This document shows, piece after piece, positions 35,284 to 44,690 of a stretch of 64,000 bases of DNA. The notes under the pieces are model-generated. The model was not told the DNA's origin. It ran no database searches and saw nothing but the letters and a program-made list of their open reading frames with translations. The stretch spans positions 9,000 to 72,999 of the IMG/VR virus record IMGVR_UViG_3300010397_000045; one strand, written 5' to 3'. This DNA comes from a virus. Position 1 is the first letter of the stretch, and each line of letters opens with the position of its first letter. The position numbers and the translations under genes were made by a program.

Positions 35284-36312
35284 ATGCTACTTCTAACGTC
35301 GACCAGTGATCTTGTCCAGGTTATAACCGGATCTTCTGGCGCTATAGCTGTACACGAGAGTCATGTTGACAACAATGCTGGCACCATAACACCGGGACGC
35401 GCTAACACGGCGTCGATCACCACGAACACTACGACGACGGTGGTAGCCTCTCCTGGCGCGAGCGTACAGCGTAACGTCAAGACGTTATTCATTTTCAACA
35501 CGCATGCTAGTGTGTCGAATCTGATCACGGTCAAGCATACGGATGGGACCAACGCCGAGCAGCTTTGGAGTGGCACGCTGCTGGCCGGCGAATCAGTTGT
35601 CATGGACGAGGCCGGGTGCTGGTGGAAGTACTCTGCCAATGGCCAGTTGCAGACTGTCGGCTTGCCGGTCACGACCAAGGGCGACGTCGTTGTGTTTGAC
35701 ACCACACCGAACCGGTTGGGGGTGGGCTCTGATAGCCAAGTGTTGATGGCGGCGGCGTCGGCCACGTCTGGGTTGAAGTATGCCAATGTGGTGCAATCCA
35801 ACCGATCCACCAGCACGGTGAGTGCCGGATATGCCACTGATACTTACCTCGCAGGCTCGAGTATTACCATCCCAGCAGGTGGACCTCGTGTAGGCACGGT
35901 ATACCGCTGCAAATTTGACATGGTCAAGACGGCGGCGGGTACAGCCGCCTTTACGATCAACGTGCGTTATGGAACAGCCGGCACGACCTCGGACGCCTCT
36001 ATCCTATCCTTTGCTTTTACGGCCGGCACTGGTGTCGCCGACACAGGTGAGTTTGAGATTGAGTTGCACTTCCGCACAGTAGGCTCGGGTACGAGCGCCG
36101 TGGTGGTCGGGTTATGCAAGTGTGACCACCAGTTGGCTGCCACAGGGCTCACCGCCCAGGGCGCAGCCGGTTACGCGCAGATTACGACCGTGTCGAGCGG
36201 ATTTAACAGCACGCCGGCTGGATCGATCCTGGGGCTTTCGGTTAACGGCGGCGCCTCGTTCTCGGGCACCAACACAATCGTTCAGACTGAGACGTTTAAC
36301 CTGGATATCTGA
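35284..36312 (+). CDS. Virion accessory/fibre protein (Thr/Ser-rich)
   Basis: Start moved to ATG 35284; TTKGDVVV...RLGVGSDSQVL...GLKY fibre-shaft motif. Confidence 0.7.
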   Translation: MLLLTSTSDLVQVITGSSGAIAVHESHVDNNAGTITPGRANTASITTNTTTTVVASPGASVQRNVKTLFIFNTHASVSNLITVKHTDGTNAEQLWSGTLLAGESVVMDEAGCWWKYSANGQLQTVGLPVTTKGDVVVFDTTPNRLGVGSDSQVLMAAASATSGLKYANVVQSNRSTSTVSAGYATDTYLAGSSITIPAGGPRVGTVYRCKFDMVKTAAGTAAFTINVRYGTAGTTSDASILSFAFTAGTGVADTGEFEIELHFRTVGSGTSAVVVGLCKCDHQLAATGLTAQGAAGYAQITTVSSGFNSTPAGSILGLSVNGGASFSGTNTIVQTETFNLDI

Positions 36313-36317
36313 TTGAC

Positions 36318-37334
36318 ATGGCCGGCTCCAGACGACAACAGATGTTCAACGACCCGAACCCGTCTAACCTGGGTAACGTCGCGGGCATCCCGCCGTTCTT
36401 GGTTATGACGACGCTGACGCCTACGCTGGCCGGCAGTACGATCCTCGTGCATGCATGTGTTGCGAACCTCTCAGGTAACTTTGTTGACAAGGTTAAAGAC
36501 AGCGTCAATGGGTTCTACACGCCGGCGCGACGCATCGACAATCCTACTAATGGACTCTCCAATGGATTGTGGTACAAGCAGAACGCCGCCGCCTTGGGGG
36601 TTGGTGATCACGGCAGCGTGACGAGCGGCACGTCCACGTCACTTACCGATACGAGCAAGAATTGGACAGGGGTCAACTTTACTGGCAAGACGGTGCTCGA
36701 ATACAGCTCTGGCAACTCATGGACGGTAACCTCCAACACGGCCACGGTTCTAAACTTCTCGGCTGGTGCCACGCCCGTGGCTGGGAATCTGTACGTGGTC
36801 GGTGATTACATCTCGGTCATCATGTCCAACTCGGACGACTACAATGCAGGACATGCCGAGGAATGGACCGGTGTCGCGGCGAACTCGGTCGTCGACCACA
36901 ACATGACCGCGACGGACATCCCCGTATCTGGCGGTGTGGTTGGACCGAACTGTGTGACGACCGGGTTGATCGTATTAGGACCCGATCCGTGCACGCTGAT
37001 TGGTCATTGTACGAACGACGTGGATGGCGGCTCGACGCCGTTCGTGCCGACCATCGGGCAGGGACTCGGTTACAGTGATGATGGCACGATGTGGATCTTC
37101 GACGTAGGCGCCCCCATCGCGCGTTTGCAGAGCGTGTACATACCCAACCCACTGGCTCTGCCGTCACTGACGCTCGACATGAAGTTTACCGCGCAGCACC
37201 CGGACAACTTCCAGGCGAATGTAATCGCTTTGCGGGACGCGCCGGTGGCTACCTCCCAGGTGGGACCCAGCAATCGCTGGCGGCGGCGCTGGAGCGGTGA
37301 GTCGATGGGGTTGAACATCAAGGAGTGGTGGTGA
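36318..37334 (+). CDS. Virion protein, paralog of the N-terminal domain of 26564..29260
   Basis: TLAGSTILVHACVANLS...DSVNG vs TLPGSTILAMTQIANLS...DTVNG; shared NDVD and DDGT-W motifs. Confidence 0.75.
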   Translation: MAGSRRQQMFNDPNPSNLGNVAGIPPFLVMTTLTPTLAGSTILVHACVANLSGNFVDKVKDSVNGFYTPARRIDNPTNGLSNGLWYKQNAAALGVGDHGSVTSGTSTSLTDTSKNWTGVNFTGKTVLEYSSGNSWTVTSNTATVLNFSAGATPVAGNLYVVGDYISVIMSNSDDYNAGHAEEWTGVAANSVVDHNMTATDIPVSGGVVGPNCVTTGLIVLGPDPCTLIGHCTNDVDGGSTPFVPTIGQGLGYSDDGTMWIFDVGAPIARLQSVYIPNPLALPSLTLDMKFTAQHPDNFQANVIALRDAPVATSQVGPSNRWRRRWSGESMGLNIKEWW

Positions 37335-37335
37335 G

Positions 37336-38700
37336 ATGAGCGAAGACCTCATCATCCAGAAATGGTTCGACCTGGACGTGCTGCAGCCGACGGGTGGCAG
37401 CAACACGACCATAACGCCAGCTGTTGGGGCCATTGCTTTAGCCGGCGTGGGTTCTATTCTCAATCTGGGTGTTACACCCCTGGTCGGTGCCATCACGATT
37501 GCAGGCGTGGCGTCCGGAATCGTGCGTGGTACGGTCATCACTCCAACCGTCGGTGCCATCACACTGGCAGGGGTGGCGCCGGGTATCGTTCTAGGCTTTG
37601 TGCTCATACCCCCCGTAGGGTCTATTACACTTGGTGGGGTTGCTCCAGGCATTACGTTAGGTACGGTCATTACCCCCACTGTGGGGTCGATTACTCTGAC
37701 CGGCGTGGCGCCGGGCATCGTTCGCGGCACCGCGCTGACGCCTACCATAGGCTCGATCACAATCAACGGAGTTGCCCCCGGCATCGCGCTGGGTACGGTG
37801 ATGACGCCCACCGTGGGAGCCATCACACTGACAGGCGTCGCGCCAACCGTCATACGTGGCACGGTGATAACACCCACCGTGGGAGCCGTCACATTGGCGG
37901 GCGTTGCGCCTGCGCTCATTCAGGGTACCGTCATAACCCCATCGGCGGGCGCGATAACGCTGGCGGGTGTCGCATCCACGATTGTGCGGGGCACCGTCAT
38001 AACTCCTTCGGTGGGTTCGGTAACTCTGGCGGGTGTTGCTGGTGTTATGAATATCGGGATCGCGCCACCAACGGGTGCGATCGTGTTGGGTGGGGTGGCT
38101 CCCAACGTCTTCAGTGGTTTGACTCCGGCGGTAGGTGCGATCACGCTGAACGGAGTTGCGGTTACACTCAAGCTGGGTGTTGCGCCGCTTCCAGGGTCGA
38201 TCACGCTAGGCGGGGTGGCGCCGGGCGTCATCCAGGGCACGGTGCTGCAACCGGGTGCAGGAGGGCTCACTCTCAGTGGGGTGGCACCCGGACTTGTCCG
38301 GGGAACCGTCATAGGGCCGCCCGCAGCCGTTCTGGGGCTCTCCGGGGCTGCCTTGCGGCTGGGTTTGGGGATAACGGCACCCGTAAGCCCTATGGCGCTT
38401 CTAGGGGGCTTCCCAAGCCTCGGATTAGGGCTTCAGGGCCTAACCGGCGTCCTTTCCTTGGCTGGGGCGGCCCCCGTCTTCGGACAGGTCCGCATCATAC
38501 CTGGTACGGGCGCTCTGGGGCTCGCAGGGGCGGCTGGAGCAGTCGGTATATCCATCACACCTCCTACGGGCGTCCTCGCGATCGAGGGTGGCCGGGTGAA
38601 TCCGATCAATGGTTATTCATGGACGCGCTACCTGTTACCTGCGCAGGGGCGGGTTCTGCAAGTCGAGCACGGAAACTACCTGTTACCGGTTGAATCATGA
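37336..38700 (+). CDS. Tandem-repeat fibre-like protein (20-22 aa unit TPTVGAITLxGVAPGIVRGTVI)
   Basis: 454 aa, almost entirely repeats (roughly 19 units). Confidence 0.8.
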   Translation: MSEDLIIQKWFDLDVLQPTGGSNTTITPAVGAIALAGVGSILNLGVTPLVGAITIAGVASGIVRGTVITPTVGAITLAGVAPGIVLGFVLIPPVGSITLGGVAPGITLGTVITPTVGSITLTGVAPGIVRGTALTPTIGSITINGVAPGIALGTVMTPTVGAITLTGVAPTVIRGTVITPTVGAVTLAGVAPALIQGTVITPSAGAITLAGVASTIVRGTVITPSVGSVTLAGVAGVMNIGIAPPTGAIVLGGVAPNVFSGLTPAVGAITLNGVAVTLKLGVAPLPGSITLGGVAPGVIQGTVLQPGAGGLTLSGVAPGLVRGTVIGPPAAVLGLSGAALRLGLGITAPVSPMALLGGFPSLGLGLQGLTGVLSLAGAAPVFGQVRIIPGTGALGLAGAAGAVGISITPPTGVLAIEGGRVNPINGYSWTRYLLPAQGRVLQVEHGNYLLPVES

Positions 38701-39287
38701 CAACAGCACCCTTCTACGTCCCCACGGCCCCCCTCGAGGATGATGAACTCGACACGGCGCTGCAGCAGATGGTCGTCGGCATCACCGGCATGGACCCAAC
38801 GTTGGTGCGCCCGCGGTGGCAACCAACGGTACAGAAGCAGCCGGAGCCTACTGTCGATTGGTGCTCGATCGGTGTCACTACCTCCAAGCCCGATACTAAC
38901 GCGTCCATACAGCATCTGTTCGGTGATGACATAACAGCACCGGCAGGTGACCTCGAGCAGGTGCACGAGGAGTTGGAGGTGGCTGTCAGCTTTCTGGGTC
39001 CGCACGCGAAGACGAACCTGGGTGTGCTACGTGACGGCCTTAAGATCATGCAGAACCTGGACCCGATCAAGTTGGTCGGGCTGTACTTCAAGGAGATAGG
39101 GCCGGCGCAGGTAGCGCCTGACTTTATAAATCAACAATGGATTCGACGTTGGGATACCACCATGGTATTCAGGCGCATGGTCGCCAGGGTGTATGGTATC
39201 AACAATATCGAATCGGCGGAGATCGATCTGCAGGACGATTCCAGCCACGTCAACCGTGTCATAAAAGCTCCGCCATCTGGGCGATAA
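38697..39287 (+). CDS. Neck/tail terminator protein
   Basis: LVRPRWQP...DWCSIGV...SFLGP...INQQWIRRWD; directly precedes the sheath. Confidence 0.8.
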   Translation: MTTAPFYVPTAPLEDDELDTALQQMVVGITGMDPTLVRPRWQPTVQKQPEPTVDWCSIGVTTSKPDTNASIQHLFGDDITAPAGDLEQVHEELEVAVSFLGPHAKTNLGVLRDGLKIMQNLDPIKLVGLYFKEIGPAQVAPDFINQQWIRRWDTTMVFRRMVARVYGINNIESAEIDLQDDSSHVNRVIKAPPSGR

Positions 39288-39305
39288 CTTTTGGAGTAAT
39301 CAAAC

Positions 39306-40802
39306 ATGCCAGTGTCAGTCGGTCTTTCAGTCAACGACATCGTACAAGTCGATGTACAGATGACACCCCTGGCGTCGCCACTCAGGAACTTCGGTAGCGC
39401 GTTGATCCTGGGCGACTCGGATGTCATCGACGTGTTCACCCGCTATCGGTTGTATACGTCGCTCACGGCCATCGGTACCGACTTCGGCGTAACGGCGCCG
39501 GAGTACAAGGCGGCGCAACTGTTCTTCGGGCAGTCGCCGTCGCCCGCCCAGTGTTATGTTGGAGCCTGGGCTGCCAACAATACCAGCGGCCGGTTGATAG
39601 GAGCGGCGCTGACCGCGACCCAACAGCTAATGAGTAACTTCACCGCTATACTCAACGGCGGTGTTAACTTCACGGTAGATGGGGTGGCCAGGAACCTCAG
39701 CGGCCTCAACTTCTCGCTGCAGACCAACCTCAATGGGGTAGCTTCTGTCATACAGTCGGCGTTCTCGGGTTCCGCAACCGTAGTGTGGAACGCGGCGTAC
39801 GGCCGCTTCGAGGTCCGGAGCAGCACCAACGGTACGTCCTCCGCCGTCTCGTTCGCCACGGCGGGCAGTGGTGTCGACATTTCGAGCCTGCTCAGACTCA
39901 CGTCCACGCAGGGCGGTTACACGGTAGCCGGCGTCTTGGCGGAAAGCATCTCGTCTGCCGTCAACACGTTCGTCGGTCTTACCAATGCCTGGTACGGGCT
40001 CGCACTGGGTGCTGCCACGCCGGTATCCAACAACGACATCATCAGCGTGGCTGGCATCATAGAAGCCACGGGTAGTTCCGGCAGTCGCATCTTCGGCGTC
40101 ACGACGCAGGAGCCGGCCGCGCTCCTGGCGAACTCGACCACGGATCTTGCCGCTTTGTTGAACGCCGGCAACTTCAGCCGTACGTTCTGCCAGTACTCCT
40201 CGAGCAGTCCGTACGTCGCAGCATCGGTCCTGGGCCGTGCGTTCTCGGTCAACTTCCAGGCATCCAATTCCACCATCACGCTCAAATTCAAACAAGAGCC
40301 CATCGTGGCGGCGGAGATCCTCACCGAGACGCAGTACGCGGCGCTCGCCGGTAAGAACTGCAACGCGTTCACGGTGTTCAACAACAACACCTCCATCCTG
40401 CAGGAAGGCAAGATGGCCAACGGATTCTTTTTTGACGAGGTGCACGGAGCTGACTGGCTGCAGAACCAGATACAAACCGATGTGTACAACCTGTTGTATA
40501 CATCGCCCACTAAGATTCCACAGACCGATGCCGGCATCAACCAAATCGCCGCCGTGGTGACGCAGGATTTGCAACTAGCGGTCAACAACGGTTACGTGGC
40601 CCCCGGTGTGTGGACGGGACCCAATATAGGGGCGCTGGTCAGCGGTCAGTTTCTCACGACTGGGTACTACGTATTCCAACCGCCCATCGCATTACAGTCG
40701 CAGGCCGACCGCCAAGCCCGCAAAGCACCCCCGATTCAGGCGGCCATCAAGCTCGCAGGCGCGGTGCATTTCGCCGACGTCATCGTATCAGTCAACAGGT
40801 AA
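39306..40802 (+). CDS. Tail sheath protein (DUF3383)
   Basis: PEYKAAQLFFGQSPSP, ITLKFKQEP, FFDEVHGADWL, KIPQTDAG and KLAGAVH. Confidence 0.93.
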   Translation: MPVSVGLSVNDIVQVDVQMTPLASPLRNFGSALILGDSDVIDVFTRYRLYTSLTAIGTDFGVTAPEYKAAQLFFGQSPSPAQCYVGAWAANNTSGRLIGAALTATQQLMSNFTAILNGGVNFTVDGVARNLSGLNFSLQTNLNGVASVIQSAFSGSATVVWNAAYGRFEVRSSTNGTSSAVSFATAGSGVDISSLLRLTSTQGGYTVAGVLAESISSAVNTFVGLTNAWYGLALGAATPVSNNDIISVAGIIEATGSSGSRIFGVTTQEPAALLANSTTDLAALLNAGNFSRTFCQYSSSSPYVAASVLGRAFSVNFQASNSTITLKFKQEPIVAAEILTETQYAALAGKNCNAFTVFNNNTSILQEGKMANGFFFDEVHGADWLQNQIQTDVYNLLYTSPTKIPQTDAGINQIAAVVTQDLQLAVNNGYVAPGVWTGPNIGALVSGQFLTTGYYVFQPPIALQSQADRQARKAPPIQAAIKLAGAVHFADVIVSVNR

Positions 40803-40808
40803 CAACAC

Positions 40809-41258
40809 ATGGCAACTTACGCATTCAACGATGTTGTGGCGGTCATAACAGGCCCCACGGGATCGGCAGACCTCGCTTACGGCGCGCAGGCAGCCGAGGA
40901 AGGTATCACATTCGAGCCGGTGGGAGACAAGAATACCATGACGGTGGGTGCGGACGGATCTGTCATGCATTCACTGCATGCAGATAAGTCTGGGCGGGTG
41001 ATCATACGCCTGCTCAAGACGAGCCCGACCAACGCGATCCTGCAGCGCATGTACGATATACAGACGACATCAGCGTCGCTGCACGGACAGAACACCATTC
41101 TGTGTCAACAGAAAGCAGCTGGTGATGTTACTACTGCCCGGCAGTGTGCGTTCAAGCGCAAGCCACCCATTAATTATCAGAAGGAGGGTGGGCTAATGGA
41201 ATGGGAACTGGACGCGGGCCTGCTTGACACGGTGTTGGGTACCTACCCAACGGCGTGA
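40809..41258 (+). CDS. Tail tube protein (DUF3277)
   Basis: AEEGI...NTMTVGADG...MHSLHADKSG...LLKTSP. Confidence 0.9.
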   Translation: MATYAFNDVVAVITGPTGSADLAYGAQAAEEGITFEPVGDKNTMTVGADGSVMHSLHADKSGRVIIRLLKTSPTNAILQRMYDIQTTSASLHGQNTILCQQKAAGDVTTARQCAFKRKPPINYQKEGGLMEWELDAGLLDTVLGTYPTA

Positions 41259-41464
41259 TCCTTATGACAATGATCGACGTAGACGCCGCCGGTTTGGAAC
41301 TGTTGCGCAACCACGCCTTGCGGGTGGGAACCTTAGAGCTTTGGTCTGAGGTTGCGATTGAGTGGGCCAAGGCGGCTGAAGCCGAGATTGCAAAGTTACG
41401 AGCACAGATATCAACAATACAGGCTGATACTTCCGGGAGAGATTCAGATGGAATTCGAACATGA
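41255..41464 (+). CDS. Small hypothetical protein
   Basis: ORF track; fills the gap between tube and chaperone genes. Confidence 0.45.
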   Translation: MILMTMIDVDAAGLELLRNHALRVGTLELWSEVAIEWAKAAEAEIAKLRAQISTIQADTSGRDSDGIRT

Positions 41465-41933
41465 TGGATATAAGTTCAGCGTCGATAAGCTGAACGCTTT
41501 CGGCCAGCTGCACCTGGGACGCAAGTTGGCGCCGTTGGTGCCCACTCTGGCGCCGGTACTCTTCAGGTACATGAGTATGAAGAAGGGCGACATCTTGAGT
41601 GCAAAGATACTCGAGGTGGCTGAACTGGCCGAGCCTTTCTGTGAAGCGTTGGCTGCGATGAGGACTGAGGACGCCGAACTTGTGGTGACGACGGCGTTGT
41701 CTTCGGTCAAGGTGTTGACCGATGCGAAGACTAACACCTGGTTGCCGTTTATGGTACCTGGCACGCATCGCACCTCGATCATGGAGTTGGACGACTTGGG
41801 TAAGATGTTGCCGGTTGTCATCAAAGTCATTTCGTTCAATTTGGGAAATTTTATATCCGCACTCCTTACACGCCACGGGGAGGCCAATCAGGACTCAAGT
41901 GGCGATCGCTTCCAGGCGGGGAAGATTGGCTGA
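41448..41933 (+). CDS. Tail assembly chaperone (gpG-like)
   Basis: Start ATG 41448; KLNAFGQLHLGRKLAP...NLGNF motif; upstream of the tape measure gene. Confidence 0.85.
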   Translation: MEFEHDGYKFSVDKLNAFGQLHLGRKLAPLVPTLAPVLFRYMSMKKGDILSAKILEVAELAEPFCEALAAMRTEDAELVVTTALSSVKVLTDAKTNTWLPFMVPGTHRTSIMELDDLGKMLPVVIKVISFNLGNFISALLTRHGEANQDSSGDRFQAGKIG

Positions 41934-42097
41934 TGCTTCCGACTACGAGCAACCCTCCCATGTGTACGCTCAAGGAGTTGAAGGATGGCACCTACGATCT
42001 TGCGGACATCGCCATGATGAACGACTGGTTGCTGGTGTGTGCCGATAATCAGTTGATTGCGAAAGAGGCCGCGGAGGCTGAGAGAAATGGCCGCTGA
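41843..42097 (+). CDS. -1 frameshift extension of the tail chaperone (gpGT-like, DUF6889-like)
   Basis: Slippery G-GGA-AAT / A-AAT-TTT at 41843-41852; the -1 frame reads ...LPGGEDWLMLP...LKDGTYDLADIAMMND... to TGA 42097. Confidence 0.8.
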   Translation, partial: GKFYIRTPYTPRGGQSGLKWRSLPGGEDWLMLPTTSNPPMCTLKELKDGTYDLADIAMMNDWLLVCADNQLIAKEAAEAERNGR

Positions 42098-43640
42098 AAC
42101 CATACGGGAATTCCTGATCGCGCTCGGCTTCAAGGTCGATCAGCCGACCTTGAAGAAGTTCGAGGATGCCATCACAGGTGCGACTTTCAAAGCGGGTGTG
42201 TTGGCTCAGGCTTTCGTCGGCATGGCCAAGGCATTGGCTGAGAGTTTACAGAACGCCACCAAGGACCTGAGCAACCTCTACTACACTTCCGTGCGGGTGG
42301 GCTCATCAGCGACCAACCTGAAGGCACTCACCCAGGCGAGTCAAGATTTCGGTGTATCGGCTGAGGAGGCGCTAGGTAACATCGAGAGTTTGGCTCAGCT
42401 GCTGCGGACCAGCCCGGGTAAGGAGGCTTTCATTAACAGCCTCGGCGTTCAGACCCGGGACGCCAACGGTGCGCTGCGCGATACAGTCGCTATCGCCAAT
42501 GACCTGGGTAAGGTGTTAGCCCAGCGCCCGGATTACATGGCCCAGCAGTTAGCCGACGTCATTGGACTCACGTATAAGTTCAGGAAGGCCATCCAAGATC
42601 CCGGATGGCTCGCAGATCTCGAGAAGCACCAACGACTGTTGGAGCACAGCGGGTACGACAAGGCCGCGCGAGATGCCGCGCTCCTAGAGCAGCAGTTCCG
42701 CGAGCTGGGCGACCGCTGGGACACGCTCAAGATGAAGTTCGCTGTCAACGTGTTCGAGCCTGTCATCGAGGGTCTCGAGGAGTTCACGAATTGGCTGGAC
42801 AAGAACACTCCCGGGATGATGGCCCAGTTCGAGAATTTGACCAACGCGATGGGGGCTTTCGCCAAGGCAGCCAAAGTGGCTTTGGACCCACTATTGAGTA
42901 AGTTGGAATCCATCAGTGAGGCTATTGAAAGAAAGATACCCCTCACGAAGTGGGTCAATAACCTCAACGATTGGATTGGTACCGGTCTCAAAGGTGACCT
43001 CGATTTCGTACTGGATAAGTTGGGTGTGCGCGATCAGTTCTACAAAGAGCTGAACAATACTCATCCACCCGATGGCACCCGCCGCGGCCCCAGCTCCTCC
43101 CGTGGGGTCCGCACACACAACCCTGGGAACCTCGAGTATGCCGGGCAGCCGGGCGCCGTGCGCGCAGGCGGAGGACCTGATGAGCAACGCTTCGCGGCTT
43201 TCCGTACCGACCGGGAGGGGCTCGGTGCGATGGCCAATCAGCTCGAATTGGATTTCCAGCGAGGCCGCAAGACGATCGAGGCACTGGTCGCCAAGTACGC
43301 ACCCCCTGAGGAAAACGACACGGTCGCATACATCGCGGATGTCGCGCGCCAGATGCACGTAGGTTCGCGCACCGCACTGAACTTGAAGGACCCGGCGGTG
43401 CTGGAGTCGATGATGAATGCGATGATAGCCCATGAGAATATGAACAACCCATATCGGCCCGGGCTCGTGCGCGACGCGGCCAACGCGGCCGTGCGGGGCG
43501 GTGCCAATAACGTGACGCTGAATTCCACCATCAATATAGATGGCTCCAAGGACGTGACTGCCACGAAACGCGCCGTCAATGAGGCATTGACCGAATCGTT
43601 CCGTAAAGCAACCCGTAACCTACAGCCGACAGCACAATGA
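42087..43640 (+). CDS. Tape measure protein with a C-terminal lysozyme-like domain
   Basis: MAAETIREFLIALGFKVD start; helical body; RTHNPGNL...RFAAF...KYAPPEENDTVAY. Confidence 0.9.
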   Translation: MAAETIREFLIALGFKVDQPTLKKFEDAITGATFKAGVLAQAFVGMAKALAESLQNATKDLSNLYYTSVRVGSSATNLKALTQASQDFGVSAEEALGNIESLAQLLRTSPGKEAFINSLGVQTRDANGALRDTVAIANDLGKVLAQRPDYMAQQLADVIGLTYKFRKAIQDPGWLADLEKHQRLLEHSGYDKAARDAALLEQQFRELGDRWDTLKMKFAVNVFEPVIEGLEEFTNWLDKNTPGMMAQFENLTNAMGAFAKAAKVALDPLLSKLESISEAIERKIPLTKWVNNLNDWIGTGLKGDLDFVLDKLGVRDQFYKELNNTHPPDGTRRGPSSSRGVRTHNPGNLEYAGQPGAVRAGGGPDEQRFAAFRTDREGLGAMANQLELDFQRGRKTIEALVAKYAPPEENDTVAYIADVARQMHVGSRTALNLKDPAVLESMMNAMIAHENMNNPYRPGLVRDAANAAVRGGANNVTLNSTINIDGSKDVTATKRAVNEALTESFRKATRNLQPTAQ

Positions 43641-44368
43641 GCGCCAACCTAGCCGAGATCGCCCTCATCGGGCCACTGAACGAACTGCTTAACCTGCAAG
43701 TGGTAAACCAGATAGGTGGGGTGCAGATCGACACGACTATCGAAGAGTTTTATGAAGACGCTGTTGAGATCACGGAGCACCCGGTGCAGCGCGGTGCCCA
43801 GATCGCGGACCACAGCTTCAAGCGTCCTATGGAGTTGATACTCACCTGCGGCTGGTCCAACTCGAGCCCGTCAGGATTTCTGGGGTCGTTCGGGTCCGCC
43901 GCATTGAGCGCGTTCTCACCGACACTCTCTGGGATCGTCGGCGTGGCGGCCGGCATCTCGAATTTGTTCAATCCGAGCGCCGGCACGAGCGGGTCATTCT
44001 CAGGCGGCGCCATGGCGGCTTCCGACTACGTGGCCGGCATCTACTCGCAGTTGCTGCAGATCCAGGAGGCTCGGCAGCCGATTGCCGTCACGTCCGGCTT
44101 GCGCATCTACAACAACATGTTGCTGACGTCGCTGCGTGTCAGGAGAGATGAGAAAACCCGGTTCGTCGTCATCGCCCAGGCGCATCTGCGGCAGATAATT
44201 CTGGTTGATACGCAGACCACCACCCTGCCATCGCAGAGTTCGCAGGCGAACCCAGCCAGTACGGCCGATACCGTGAATGCCGGGCCACAGCAGTTGCAGT
44301 TGCAACCAACCATATCACCACTCATCTCGATTCTGCCGCCGGTGCAGGGGATAACCGGAGGAGGTTGA
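43637..44368 (+). CDS. Baseplate/tube initiator (Dit-like)
   Basis: EITEHPVQRGAQIADH...TSGLRIYNNMLL. Confidence 0.85.
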   Translation: MSANLAEIALIGPLNELLNLQVVNQIGGVQIDTTIEEFYEDAVEITEHPVQRGAQIADHSFKRPMELILTCGWSNSSPSGFLGSFGSAALSAFSPTLSGIVGVAAGISNLFNPSAGTSGSFSGGAMAASDYVAGIYSQLLQIQEARQPIAVTSGLRIYNNMLLTSLRVRRDEKTRFVVIAQAHLRQIILVDTQTTTLPSQSSQANPASTADTVNAGPQQLQLQPTISPLISILPPVQGITGGG

Positions 44369-44369
44369 C

Positions 44370-44690
44370 GTGGCGAATCAGTACATCATACCGTTACAAG
44401 TTGGGGTACCACAGAAACTGTCTGTGCAGTTGAACGGCGTGACGTATCAATTCACGATCCTATACCGCAACGATTCTGTGATCCCGCAGTGGACGTTGGA
44501 TATCGCGGACGTCGCCGGCAACCCCCTCATTCGGGGCATACCGTTGGTGACGGGCGCCGACCTGCTGGCGCAATACAAGCACATCATATCCGGTGGCCTG
44601 CTGGTGGTTCAGCCCGCGGATGGCACCAACCAGACGCCGACGTTCGACAACCTGGGTAAGGACACCCAGCTGTGCTGGGTTACCCCATGA
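44370..44690 (+). CDS. Baseplate plug protein (DUF6983-like)
   Basis: WTLDIAD...GIPLVTGADLLAQY...PTFDNLG. Confidence 0.8.
   Translation: MANQYIIPLQVGVPQKLSVQLNGVTYQFTILYRNDSVIPQWTLDIADVAGNPLIRGIPLVTGADLLAQYKHIISGGLLVVQPADGTNQTPTFDNLGKDTQLCWVTP

Noticed and set aside
37164-38693. Long alternative-frame and antisense ORFs over the repeat gene (37362..38693 +, 37164..37919 -)
   Set aside because: Shadows of a GC-rich repetitive coding sequence; no RBS or independent domain signal.
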